From an uncultured Acidobacteriota bacterium (GTDB lineage Bacteria > Acidobacteriota > Thermoanaerobaculia > Multivoradales > SZUA-115): a stretch of 64,000 nucleotides of DNA. The stretch is from the NCBI GenBank assembly GCA_963805975.1, contig CAWDVR010000004.1:352001-416000 (forward strand). Reading direction: 5' to 3'. The notes under the pieces are model-generated. The model was not told the origin of the DNA and searched no databases. It saw only the letters and a list, made by a program, of their open reading frames with translations. Position 1 is the first letter of the stretch. Each line of letters starts with the position of its first letter. The position numbers were made by a program, and so were the translations under genes. Positions 44,382 to 54,670 of this stretch are shown piece by piece.

Positions 44382-45794
44382 ATGCCTGATCAAAGAGGAA
44401 TCTCTCGACTAGCTGCCTTGAGCCTCGCCGTCTTGAGTGTGCCTGTCCTCTTTTGCGCACTGTCCGTCGAAGGCGCCGATAACACCGAGGAGAAAGTCTA
44501 CGGTGAGCTCAAGGAAGACAAGGCGCTGGTGTATCTGATCCGCAAAGGGCGTTTTCAAGGGAGCGCCCGCACGATGTTCGTGTATGCCGACGAGGAATTT
44601 CTCGGGACACTGGACAGCGGGACGTACACGTTTGCTTATGTCGACCCGGGCACGCATCTTCTCTGGACGAATGTGACCCGGCTCCGGCGAGAGGTGGACC
44701 TGGTTCCTAACCGCGTGTACTACATCGAAGTCTGGAGTGCGTTCAATCTTCTTGATCCTGAAGAGGGGAAGGCTCTCGTCGAGAAGGTAGACGCCTATGC
44801 GATTCCGAAAGCCAGAGAGGTGCAGACGGCTGACGATCAGATCCGTAAACGGTATCGAAGAGCTCTGAGGCGCGAGAAAGAGATGGAAAAAGCAGAAGTA
44901 CAAGTCGCGCAGGCCAGCTCGCGTCCGGCTGACACCGCTGGCTACGTGGAGGTTCCGGCCTATACAGAGATCCCCTTGGAGCTCATGGAGAACGTAACCT
45001 CTTACCTGAACCCAACCGGGGACGCTGTCTGGTTTCGCGTAGCCTCGGACGTTGTCCTGGGTGAGCAGCGGGTGGTCAGAGCAGGCACCTTGGTCAGGGC
45101 GACCCTCCGGCATTCCGCGCAGGGGAAGATGGGCGGTGTGGGTGGGAACTTCGACATGGTCGTCCCAACCTTGCCGGCAGCCGATGGCTCTCTCGTACCC
45201 TTGCTTGGGAGGATTGACGCCACAGGTAAGCGGCGAACGGCTGCGGCAGCAGCCGTGGCAACGGGAACCGCGGTAGTAACTGGGCTCGCGACCGGCGGCT
45301 TGTTGGCGATTGCGGTTGCCTTCCCGCGCGGCAAGGAAGCCTTCCTCCTAGTCGGCGAGGAGTTCACGGTCTGGACAAGGGACAACCATTGGGTCGACGC
45401 GGCCAGGGAGCACGCTGCTGCGACCGAGGCTGGTGTCCTTCCGGTCCCTGAGCACCGCCTAGCGGCGCGACCGGCAGAGGATGTCGTGTTCGTGCCCAAG
45501 AAGCGTCGAGCGCCCCCGGACCTGCAAGTTTTTCTCGAGTCGCCCGAAGAGGTCCGGAGCGCTTCGATTCAACAGGTCGGCGACTGGCCGCTCCCAGCGC
45601 CACTCAAGGCGAGCACCATAGTCTCCCGAGATGGTACGTGGGTGGCGATATTCCCCGGGTGGGACGTAGTCCGCTATGCCCGGCTCACCGGGGAGGATAC
45701 GACTGTGCCTCTGAGAGTCGTAGGCACCCTGGCCGATGGGAGTTCGTTTCAGGCTGAACCAACGATGACGATCGTAGTCAAGGGTACCGACTAG
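44382..45794 (+). CDS. Secreted hypothetical protein; N-terminal DUF2846-like domain, central TrbI/VirB10-like domain with hydrophobic Gly/Ala hairpin
   Basis: Signal peptide; KALVYLIR..GTYTFAYVDPGTH; VPAYTEIPLEL..RAGTLVRAT..ADGSLVPL..GKEA; many A/T-ending codons. Confidence 0.6.
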   Translation: MPDQRGISRLAALSLAVLSVPVLFCALSVEGADNTEEKVYGELKEDKALVYLIRKGRFQGSARTMFVYADEEFLGTLDSGTYTFAYVDPGTHLLWTNVTRLRREVDLVPNRVYYIEVWSAFNLLDPEEGKALVEKVDAYAIPKAREVQTADDQIRKRYRRALRREKEMEKAEVQVAQASSRPADTAGYVEVPAYTEIPLELMENVTSYLNPTGDAVWFRVASDVVLGEQRVVRAGTLVRATLRHSAQGKMGGVGGNFDMVVPTLPAADGSLVPLLGRIDATGKRRTAAAAAVATGTAVVTGLATGGLLAIAVAFPRGKEAFLLVGEEFTVWTRDNHWVDAAREHAAATEAGVLPVPEHRLAARPAEDVVFVPKKRRAPPDLQVFLESPEEVRSASIQQVGDWPLPAPLKASTIVSRDGTWVAIFPGWDVVRYARLTGEDTTVPLRVVGTLADGSSFQAEPTMTIVVKGTD

Positions 45795-45965
45795 CGCGAG
45801 CGTTGCGCGGTCCTTCTCATGGACCCAGGTTGCCGAGGCCGGCCTGTGGCACTGGTCAGGGAACCGGCGCCAAGCCTTAAAGCCAGGCCACGATCCGAAA
45901 GTAGGGTGGTCTCGGTGACGGCTCGGGCAGCTCGGTCGTCGTGAGCCTGGCTGGGCAGTGACTGT

Positions 45966-45995
45966 AGACTCAAGGTCATCAGACTCAAGGTCATC
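45966..45995. repeat. Perfect 15-bp tandem duplication
   Basis: agactcaaggtcatc x2, ending 10 nt before ATG 46006. Confidence 0.9.
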
Positions 45996-46005
45996 TCGTC
46001 GACCC

Positions 46006-46338
46006 ATGACCCAGGAAGAAGCGCGTCTCTTCGCCCTCTCGCTTCCCGAAGCGCACGAGCACGCGCACTTCGGCCGGCCCGATCTTCGAGTGCGCAACAA
46101 GATCTTCGCGACGCTGCCGGAGGACGGGCGCAGCGTGAACCTGAAGACCACGCCCGCGAGCCTCGACGAACTGGTGTCGATAGCTCCGGAGACCTTTCGC
46201 GACGTGTGGGGCGGCCGGTGGGTGGGGGTCGACCTGGCGACCGTGGACCCTGCTTTCCTGCGCGAGCTGATCACCGAGGCCTGGCGTCTGGCAGCTCCAA
46301 AGCGTTTGGCCGCGAAGCTCGAGGTCGGAAAGGCCTGA
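46006..46338 (+). CDS. MmcQ/YjbR-family DNA-binding protein
   Basis: ALSLPEA.E..HFGRPDLRVRNKIFATL, WVGVDL, ELITEAWRLAAPKRL. Confidence 0.85.
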   Translation: MTQEEARLFALSLPEAHEHAHFGRPDLRVRNKIFATLPEDGRSVNLKTTPASLDELVSIAPETFRDVWGGRWVGVDLATVDPAFLRELITEAWRLAAPKRLAAKLEVGKA

Positions 46339-46369
46339 GCCCAGTTGCCACGCCCCTCCGCGCCGCTAC

Positions 46370-46771
46370 TCAGGCGAAGAGCGCGGCGACAGGCACCCCG
46401 AGACCCGGTGCCCGCGCCAACCGCCGATCCGTCGTGAGCAGCGTGGCTTTCAGCCGCCGGGCCAGCACGACGTAGAGGGCGTCGCGCTGGGCGACGTTGG
46501 CGCGTAGCGACCAAGCCTCGGCGAGGAGAGGCGCGATAGGTGACCGGCGGATCGGCGCGCGGGCGAGCGCTGCTAAGGCCGGGGCAACGGCAGCCTCCTC
46601 GATTGAGCCATCGCGCACCATGCGCCCGAGGGCGGAGAAGACCTCGGCGTCGAAATGCGCCGGCGCAGCGGTCGCGACACCGGCGGCAAGGAAGCGGCTC
46701 ACCTGCAAGCCAGCCGGTGTCCTCAGCAGCAGCTCGACGGCCGCCGAGGCGTCAACGACGACGGCCGGCAC
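46370..46771 (-). CDS. vapC: VapC-family PIN-domain toxin
   Basis: VVVDASAAVELL, APAHFDAEV, DALYVVLA, LLTTDRRLA; start placed at GTG 46771. Confidence 0.88.
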   Translation of the reverse strand: MPAVVVDASAAVELLLRTPAGLQVSRFLAAGVATAAPAHFDAEVFSALGRMVRDGSIEEAAVAPALAALARAPIRRSPIAPLLAEAWSLRANVAQRDALYVVLARRLKATLLTTDRRLARAPGLGVPVAALFA

Positions 46772-47014
46772 GCGCGAGCTTCCGGTCGTCGGCGTCGCGG
46801 GCTCGTGCGACGGCTTGGGCACCCGAGATCTTGGGGCCCGCGGGGATCAGCTCCTCCACTTCGGCCAGCCACTCCTCCATCGTCGGCAGCTCGCAGTGCT
46901 CGGCCAGCACCTGGATGGTGTACTGGCGCAGGCTCATCCCCCGGTGCGAGCCCTTTGGGTGAGCTTGCGGTGAACAGCGGTCGGCAGCTCTCGAATATGG
47001 AGGCTCACGGACAT
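46752..47014 (-). CDS. FitA-like RHH antitoxin with apparent -1 frameshift near 46945
   Basis: MSVSLHIRELPTAVHRKLTQRA then, in the next frame, HRGMSLRQYTIQVLAE..PTMEEWL..RARD. Confidence 0.75.
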
Positions 47015-47020
47015 GGCGAG

Positions 47021-47041
47021 ATGGTAGCAGAATGCAGCCAT
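47021..47041. promoter_or_regulatory. Imperfect palindrome over an extended -10 (TGCTACCAT, minus strand); probable antitoxin operator and leaderless promoter
   Basis: ATGGTAGCA-gaa-TGCAGCCAT, 6 nt before the antitoxin ATG. Confidence 0.55.
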
Positions 47042-47138
47042 GCGCGCGCCAGGAATGGGTCCCACTTCCGCGGGAATGCGGAAGCCGAGAGCGCTCCGGC
47101 TCGACCTCCTCGCATGCTCTGCGATAGACTCCCCTGCC

Positions 47139-47708
47139 ATGCGTACGCCGTTTGTTTATTTGCTCGCGTGCCTGTTTCTCGGCGTCCTCGCCGGCTGTGC
47201 CACGGGTGGGGCGAAGCCGGCTGCGAAGCCGGAGAAGCCGGTGTTGACCGGCGAGGTGACGCGCGAGCAGGTGGAGGCGGCGGTGCCGGACTGGGTGGAG
47301 GTCGAGGTGGCCTCGGAGATCGACTCCGAGGCGGCACAGGCCCTGGCGACGGTCGAGCCCGGAGCCCAGGTGACCGTCTACCTCGGCACCTGGTGCCCGG
47401 ACAGCCGGCGCGAGATGGCGCGGCTGTGGCGCGCGTTCGACGAGATCGGTGGCGAGGTGCCGTTCGAGCTCCACCTGATCGGTGTCGACCGCGACAAGAA
47501 GGAGCCGGCGGACCGCCTGGCCGGAGCCGACCTGCGCTACGTGCCGACCGTCATCGTCCGGCGTGAGGGCCGCGAGCTGGGTCGCATCGTCGAGACCTCG
47601 CCGCACGGCATCGAGAAAGACCTTCTGGCGCTCCTGTCCGGCCAGGCGAGCGGCGTGCTGTCCGAGAGCCGGCCGGAGCTTGCGGCAGGCGCCCAGGAGC
47701 AGCGCTAA
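47139..47708 (+). CDS. Thioredoxin-family lipoprotein (CPDS active site)
   Basis: LAGC lipobox, LGTWCPDS, YVPT, ELGRIVE. Confidence 0.85.
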   Translation: MRTPFVYLLACLFLGVLAGCATGGAKPAAKPEKPVLTGEVTREQVEAAVPDWVEVEVASEIDSEAAQALATVEPGAQVTVYLGTWCPDSRREMARLWRAFDEIGGEVPFELHLIGVDRDKKEPADRLAGADLRYVPTVIVRREGRELGRIVETSPHGIEKDLLALLSGQASGVLSESRPELAAGAQEQR

Positions 47709-47793
47709 AAGCCCTCCCGATCCGGCTGTTTGGGGCGCCGTTTCACCCTCCCGACAGCGCTGAAACCTTGCTCCGCACGACCCGTATCAAGCC

Positions 47794-48381
47794 ATGACGC
47801 AGGGAGCCGAGCAGCTATCCGACGAGCAGTTGGTGGCGGCGGTTCTGGCGGGCGACCGGGATCGTTTCGGCGATCTGGTCGAACGGTACCAAGGACGCCT
47901 GGTCAACTATCTGTTCCGGCTCCTGCGCAACCTGGACGAAGCACACGAGCTGGCACAGGAGGTCTTCCTCAAGGTGTACCAGGCGCTGGATCGCTACGAT
48001 CCGAGCTACCGCTTTTCCACCTGGGTGTTTCGGGTGGCGCAGAACGCGGCGATCGATCAGATCCGCAAGCGACGCCTCAAGCTGGTGCCGATCCACCGCC
48101 AGGACGAGGGCGAGAGCGACGGACCGGAGCGCGAGCTGCCGAGCGACGACCGCGGCCCCTACGGCGACTTGCGCAACCGGGAGCGCGGCGAAGCGATCCA
48201 GACGGCGATCGACGGCCTGCCGTGGGAGTACCGGGAGCTGATCGTGCTGCGGCACTTCGGCGAGCTGTCCTACGAGGACATCGCCCGGCTGAAGAAGATG
48301 CCGCTGGGGACGGTCAAGAACAAGCTGTTCCGCGGCCGGCAGGCGCTCAAGGAGAAGCTGGGATCGTTCCTGGCCGACTGA
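47794..48381 (+). CDS. ECF RNA polymerase sigma factor
   Basis: AQEVFLKVY, FSTWVFRVAQN, LSYEDIA, GTVKNKLFRGR. Confidence 0.93.
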   Translation: MTQGAEQLSDEQLVAAVLAGDRDRFGDLVERYQGRLVNYLFRLLRNLDEAHELAQEVFLKVYQALDRYDPSYRFSTWVFRVAQNAAIDQIRKRRLKLVPIHRQDEGESDGPERELPSDDRGPYGDLRNRERGEAIQTAIDGLPWEYRELIVLRHFGELSYEDIARLKKMPLGTVKNKLFRGRQALKEKLGSFLAD

Positions 48382-48415
48382 CCGGGGGAGAAGGCGAGGC
48401 AGGAAGGGAGAGACG

Positions 48416-49012
48416 ATGAGCGGCAACGACCCAGATACCGTGCACCAGTGGCTCGACCAGGAGCTCGAAGGCGAGCTCGCCGAGCCCGAGCGCGCGGCAC
48501 TTGCCCAGGCGCTGGCCGCCGATCCGACTCTGGAGCGCGAGCGCCAGGACTTGGCCGCGCTCAACCGTCTGCTCGCCACGAGCCACGTCCCGGTGCGCCA
48601 CGATTTCGCGCAGCAGGTGGTCAAATCGCTGCCCGCGGCGGGCTGGGAGGCCCAGCACCCGAAGAGCTGGCGGCTGGCGGTCGCCCTGCTCCTGCTCCTC
48701 GGCGGCGCCTCCGCCGCGCTGGTGGGCACGGGCTCGGCCCGTTTCGCGCCCGCTTCGTCGTTCCTGGGCGCGGTGGGAGCGGTGGGCGACCTGTTCAAGA
48801 CCACGGCGCTGGCCGGCGCCAGCATGCTGGCCGCCTCGTGGAAGGGCATGGGCCTGGCGATGCAGGAGCTCACCAGCGGTTCGTGGCTCTCGATCGCCGC
48901 CCTCGGCCTGCTGGTGGTGGCTTGCAACGTGTGTCTCTTCCTCCAGGTCCGCTCGTCACGACGACAGGCGGCGATCTTGGTGGCGAGCAGCAACCCCGAC
49001 GAAGGTCCTTGA
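48416..49012 (+). CDS. Putative transmembrane anti-sigma factor
   Basis: WLDQELEGEL N-terminal anti-sigma-like helix, DFAQQVV, TM helices; directly after the ECF gene. Confidence 0.7.
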   Translation: MSGNDPDTVHQWLDQELEGELAEPERAALAQALAADPTLERERQDLAALNRLLATSHVPVRHDFAQQVVKSLPAAGWEAQHPKSWRLAVALLLLLGGASAALVGTGSARFAPASSFLGAVGAVGDLFKTTALAGASMLAASWKGMGLAMQELTSGSWLSIAALGLLVVACNVCLFLQVRSSRRQAAILVASSNPDEGP

Positions 49013-49974
49013 CCCCGGTGTCTCTTTCGCGCCCGGCGCGCTCTGCCGCCCTCTGGGCCCTCCTCCTTGCCGCTGCGCCGCTCGCGGCGAGGGGTGGGGA
49101 AGCGCGGCCACCGGCCCTCACCATCGAGCGTGGCAGCGTCGCCAGCCGGCAGGTGGTGGCCCTGGGCCGCGACCTCACGATCGCCGGCCGGGTGGAGAGC
49201 GACGTCGCGGCCCTCAACGGCAAGGTGACGGTGTCGGGCGAGGTCGCTGGCGACGTCATCGTGCTCGGCGGCAACGTCGAGCTCGGTCCCGCGGCGCGGG
49301 TGGGGGGGGATGTCTTCGTGCTCGGCGGCACCATCGCCGCCGCACCGGGCGCCGCCATCGCCGGCCGCTCCGTGGCCTATCCGGACGCCTCCTCGGCCTG
49401 GGTCGCCCTGCTCGAGGCGCCGACGCTCGGCCAGTCGGGGGTCTCGCCGATCGTGATCGGCGCCAAGCTGGCGCTCCTGACCGCCTGGCTGGCCCTGGTG
49501 CTGCTGTTTTTCGCCACCAGCGGTCGGCAGGTGCTCGCCACCTCGGAGACCGCGGCGCGCGAGCCCTTCCGCTGTTTCGCCGTGGGGCTCACCGGGGTCG
49601 TCACGATGGTGCTCACGGCGCTCTTCTTCAGCCTCTTCGCCGCCGCGCTGGTCGGCGTGCCGCTCCTGGCGCTGGTGGTGCTCCTGGGCGTGGTGCTCAA
49701 GCTCTGGGGCATGGTGGCGGTGTTCCACGCCTTCGGCGGCTGGGTGCTGTCGTTCGCCCGCTCTCGCCGCGGCCTGGCGCCGCGGCTCTCGCCGCTCAAC
49801 GTCGCGGCTCTCGGCCTGCTGGTGCTGGGCGCGATCAAGCTCCTGCCCTGGGTGGGCCTCCTCGCCTGGCACGTCGCCACCTTCATCGGCGTCGGTGCCG
49901 CGCTCACCACCAAGCTCGGCCGCCGCGAGCCGTGGTTCGACTTCTCGCCGCAGGCGCTGCGGCACCCCGGTTAG
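49009..49974 (+). CDS. Bactofilin-like (polymer-forming) beta-helix fused to a multi-TM domain
   Basis: Repeated G.V.GDV.V.GG motifs then about six TM helices; TTG overlaps the anti-sigma stop. Confidence 0.7.
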   Translation: MTPVSLSRPARSAALWALLLAAAPLAARGGEARPPALTIERGSVASRQVVALGRDLTIAGRVESDVAALNGKVTVSGEVAGDVIVLGGNVELGPAARVGGDVFVLGGTIAAAPGAAIAGRSVAYPDASSAWVALLEAPTLGQSGVSPIVIGAKLALLTAWLALVLLFFATSGRQVLATSETAAREPFRCFAVGLTGVVTMVLTALFFSLFAAALVGVPLLALVVLLGVVLKLWGMVAVFHAFGGWVLSFARSRRGLAPRLSPLNVAALGLLVLGAIKLLPWVGLLAWHVATFIGVGAALTTKLGRREPWFDFSPQALRHPG

Positions 49975-50082
49975 CCGCGATAGGGGGCACCGGCTCGCCT
50001 TGACCCTCGTTTCCCGATCCCCTACTCTTGCCGCACTGCGGCCGGCGGATCGGCGGCCCAGCCTCGACAGGGAGCTTCGTGC

Positions 50083-50941
<859 letters not shown>

Positions 50942-50957
50942 GGCCAAGAAGCACCCG

Positions 50958-52809
50958 ATGTCCGTCTTCTGCCAGGTCTGCGGCGCCCCCAACCCCGACG
51001 ACGAAGACTTCTGCCGGCGCTGCCACCAGAAGCTCCTGGTGGTCTCGGGCGCCACCGCCGAGGAGGAGGGGACCTTCGAGGAGTCGCTCGAAGAGAGCTT
51101 CTCCTTCGACGAGCACCTCCTCGAGCGCATCTCGATCCTCGAGGAGGCGGTCAAGCGCACCACCGAGACGCAGCGCACTCTGCTCGGCGCGCTGCGCAAG
51201 CAGGAGCGGAGCATCCTGATCAATCACGCGGGGATCTCCACGCTCCAGGAGCTGCTCGGAAGAGAAGAGCCTGGTGGCGCGCGAGGAGTGGAGCGACCTC
51301 TGGGAGTCCAAGATGGACTACCAGCTCCACGCGCTCGAGAAGCGCGAGCGCTTCGTGTCGATCAAGGAACGCGTGCTGGCCCTCCACCGCGGCGAGCGGC
51401 GCCAGGCGTTCGTCGCGCACCTGGACGACGCCGAGGTGGCGCTCTTCGCCTTCGACATCCGCCGCGCCGTGGCGGCGCTCGAAGAGGCCTTCGCGCTCGA
51501 TCGCGACAACTACGAGCTCGCCTACTTCCTGGGCGAGGTGTTCTTCAACGAGGCCGAGCCGGAGAAGGCCCTCACCTACTTCGCGCGCGTGCTCGCCGCC
51601 AAGCCGGACCACTACGAGGGGCTGGTCTTCTCCGGCGTCATCCGCCACGAGCAGGGGGACAACGCCGGCGCCGAGGAGTACCTGAAGCGGGCGGTCAGCC
51701 ACTACCCGGAGAGCTTTCTCGCCAACTTCAGCCTGGGCGCGGTCTACGCCGGGCTCGGCAACCTGTCGCGTGCCGTGGCCTATCTCGAGCGGGCGGTGGT
51801 CATCGACCCGCTGCCGCAGGCGCAGTTCCTCCTCGGCCGCTGCCGCTACGAGATGGGCCAGCTCACCGGCGCCATCGCGGCGCTCAAGGCGGCGGTGGCG
51901 CGCGACCCGGCCTTCGAGGAGGCGCACCACCTGCTGGGCCTCGCCTACCTCGACCGCCACTGGCACAAGAAGGCGCTCGACTCGTTCCGCTCCGCGCAGC
52001 GCCTCAACCCCCGGAAGATGCGCTACCACGACCTGGTGCGCTACCTCTCGGGGCATCTCGGGGCGCCGCTGCCGGAGGTCACGGGCGAGGCCGCCAAGTG
52101 GCTGGCCGAGGGCGAGCGCTTCCTCGAGTCCGACAACCTGAAGCGGGCGGTGTCGTTCTACCGCCGGGCGCTCTCGCTCGAGCCCGAGAACCCGACGCTC
52201 CTTATGTCCTACGCCATGCTCTGCCTGCACCTCGACCGCGGCAAGGAGATCGAGGCCATCACCCAGAAGGTGCTGGCCGGCAACCCCGGCGAGATGCTCG
52301 AGGCCACCGCCTACGCGACGCTGATCGCGGCGCTGCGCAACCAGGGCAAGTACCGCGAGGGCAATCGCATCGGCCACCGGCTGCTCGAACAGGGCCGCTC
52401 CGCCTTCACCCGCACCATCGCCTACTACGAGATGGCCTACAACCTGGCGGAGATGGAAGAGGATCTCGACAGCGCGCTCGACTACGCCAGGGCGTCGCTC
52501 GACCTGGCGCCCGAGGAGCTCAAGCAGTTCCCTCTGGCCGCCCTGGGCTGGGTGCACTACAAGCGCCGCGAGTACGAGCAGGCGGTCGACTTCCTCGCCA
52601 AGTCGACGGAGCTAGGGCCCTCGACCACTACGCTCACCCACCTCGGCATGGCCTTCCTCGCCAAGGGCGAGGAGGACAAGGCGCGTCACTACCTGACGCG
52701 CGCCCGCGGCCTCTCGGTCCGCGGCGAGGCCCTGGAGGAGCGCATGATGAGCTGGATGAAAGACTCGGGCCAGCTCTTCGAGCGCGTCCGCCGCCAGCAG
52801 AAGAAGTAA
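50958..52809 (+). CDS. Zinc-ribbon + coiled-coil + TPR protein with apparent +1 frameshift near 51259
   Basis: CQVC..CRRC N-terminus; removing one G joins QELL to EEKSLVAREEWSDLW and the TPR ORF 51274-52809. Confidence 0.75.
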
Positions 52810-52826
52810 AAGGAGCTTTCGACCCC

Positions 52827-54542
52827 ATGCGCTGGAGCCGCTACTTCCTCTACACCACCCGCGAAGTGCCCGCCGACGCCGAGGTGCCGAGCCACCGGCT
52901 GATGGTGCGCACCGGCATGATCAAGAAAGTGGCGGCCGGGATCTACACCTACCAGCCCTTCGGCTGGCGGAGCATGATGAAGATGATGGCGATCGTGCGC
53001 CGCGAGCTCGACCGGAGCGGCGCCATCGAGCTCTCGATGCCCGCCGTGCAGCCGGCCGAGCTGTGGCTCGAGTCCGGCCGCTGGCAGCGCTACGGCAAGG
53101 AGCTGCTGCGCCTCAAAGACCGCCACGAGCGCGAGTTCTGCATCGGCCCCACGCACGAGGAGGTGATCACCGACCTGGTGCGCCGCGAGCTCAAGAGCTA
53201 CCGGCAGTTGCCGATCAACCTCTACCAGATCCAGACCAAGTTCAGAGACGAGATCCGTCCCCGGTTCGGCCTGATGCGCGGCCGCGAGTTCCTGATGAAG
53301 GACGCCTACTCCTTCCACGCCAGCCGCGCGAGCCTCGACGAGGCCTACGAGGAGATGAACCGCGCCTACTGCCGCATCTTCGAGGCCTGCCACCTGGGCT
53401 ACGCGGTGGTGGAGGCGGACTCGGGCTCGATCGGCGGCTCGCACTCGCACGAGTTCATGGTGCTGGCCGAGACCGGCGAGAGCGAGGTGGTGCGCTCCGA
53501 GGCCGATGGTTACACGGCCAACATCGAGAAGGCGACGGCGGCCCCTCTGGCCGCGCCGCCGGCCGAGGAGCAGGCGGCCCTGGTCGAGGTCTCGACACCC
53601 GGTGTCACCTCGGTGCCCGACGTGGCGGCCTTCCTCGGCGTGCCGATCGAGCGGGTGGTGAAGACCCTGGTCTACGAGACGGACAAGGGCGCGGTGGCGG
53701 TCGCCATCCGCGGCGACCGCGAGGTCAACGAGGTCAAGCTCGGCAACCATCTCGACGCCGAGTTCGTGGTGCTGGCCAGCGAGGAGGTGGTGCGAAAGGC
53801 GACCGGGTCGCCCGTGGGCTTCGCCGGGCCGGTGGGCCTTCCTGCCGGCACACGCCTCCTGGCCGACGAGAGCGTGCGTGCGCTCACCAACTTCGTCTGC
53901 GGCGCCAACCGGGCGGACATGCACCTGACCGGCGCCAACTGGGGCCGCGACGCCGAGCCGGGCGAGTGGGTGGACGTGCTCAAGGTAGCGGCCGGGGACG
54001 CGAGCCCGCTCTCCGGCGCGCCGCTCACCGTGACCCGCGGCATCGAAGTGGGCCACATCTTCAAGCTGGGCACCAAGTACTCGGAGAAGATGGGCTGCAA
54101 CTACACGGACGAGAACGGCGCCGACCACCCGATGGAGATGGGCTGCTACGGCGTGGGCATCGGCCGCACGGTGGCGGCGGCCATCGAGCAGAACCACGAC
54201 GCCGACGGCATCATCTGGCCGCGGCCCCTGGCGCCCTTCGAGGTGCTGCTGATCGCCCTCAACACCAACGACCCGGCGGTCGCCGCCGCGGCCGAGGCGC
54301 TCTATGCCGAGCTCCAGGGCCAGGGGATCGACGTGCTCTACGACGACCGCGACGAGCGGCCCGGGGTCAAGTTCAAGGACGCGGACCTGATCGGCATCCC
54401 GGTGCGGGCGGTGGTGGGCGCCAAGTCCCTGGCCGAGGGCAAGCTCGAGGTCTCGCTGCGCCGCGACCGCCAGAAGATCGCGGTGACGCCGGCGGAGGCC
54501 GCGGGCAAGGTGGCGGAGCTGCTGGCGGGGTTGGGGGTATGA
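52827..54542 (+). CDS. proS: Proline-tRNA ligase
   Basis: MRWSR.., GPTHEE, KFRDEIRPRFGLMRGREF, GIEVGHIFKLG, MGCYGVG, GVKFKDADLIG; AAGGAG SD. Confidence 0.97.
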   Translation: MRWSRYFLYTTREVPADAEVPSHRLMVRTGMIKKVAAGIYTYQPFGWRSMMKMMAIVRRELDRSGAIELSMPAVQPAELWLESGRWQRYGKELLRLKDRHEREFCIGPTHEEVITDLVRRELKSYRQLPINLYQIQTKFRDEIRPRFGLMRGREFLMKDAYSFHASRASLDEAYEEMNRAYCRIFEACHLGYAVVEADSGSIGGSHSHEFMVLAETGESEVVRSEADGYTANIEKATAAPLAAPPAEEQAALVEVSTPGVTSVPDVAAFLGVPIERVVKTLVYETDKGAVAVAIRGDREVNEVKLGNHLDAEFVVLASEEVVRKATGSPVGFAGPVGLPAGTRLLADESVRALTNFVCGANRADMHLTGANWGRDAEPGEWVDVLKVAAGDASPLSGAPLTVTRGIEVGHIFKLGTKYSEKMGCNYTDENGADHPMEMGCYGVGIGRTVAAAIEQNHDADGIIWPRPLAPFEVLLIALNTNDPAVAAAAEALYAELQGQGIDVLYDDRDERPGVKFKDADLIGIPVRAVVGAKSLAEGKLEVSLRRDRQKIAVTPAEAAGKVAELLAGLGV

Positions 54543-54548
54543 CGACCG

Positions 54549-54670
54549 CCCCTCACCCCGACCCTCTCCCCGCTGACGCGGGGCGAGGGCGCCACCGCCC
54601 CGCCCCCCAAGTTCCGGCCCGCTCGCCCCGCTTGCGGGGAGAGGGCTGGGGTGAGGGGCTAGGGTGAGGG
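54549..54670. repeat. Repeat family C composite between convergent proS and CNNM genes
   Basis: ccctcaccccgaccctctcccc ... ggggagagggctggggtgagggg followed by ctagggtgaggg. Confidence 0.85.

Noticed and set aside
50958-54542. 1194-aa zinc-ribbon-ProRS fusion
   Set aside because: Produced by the frameshift near 51259; proS has its own SD and ATG at 52827 and the middle part is an off-frame read of the TPR gene
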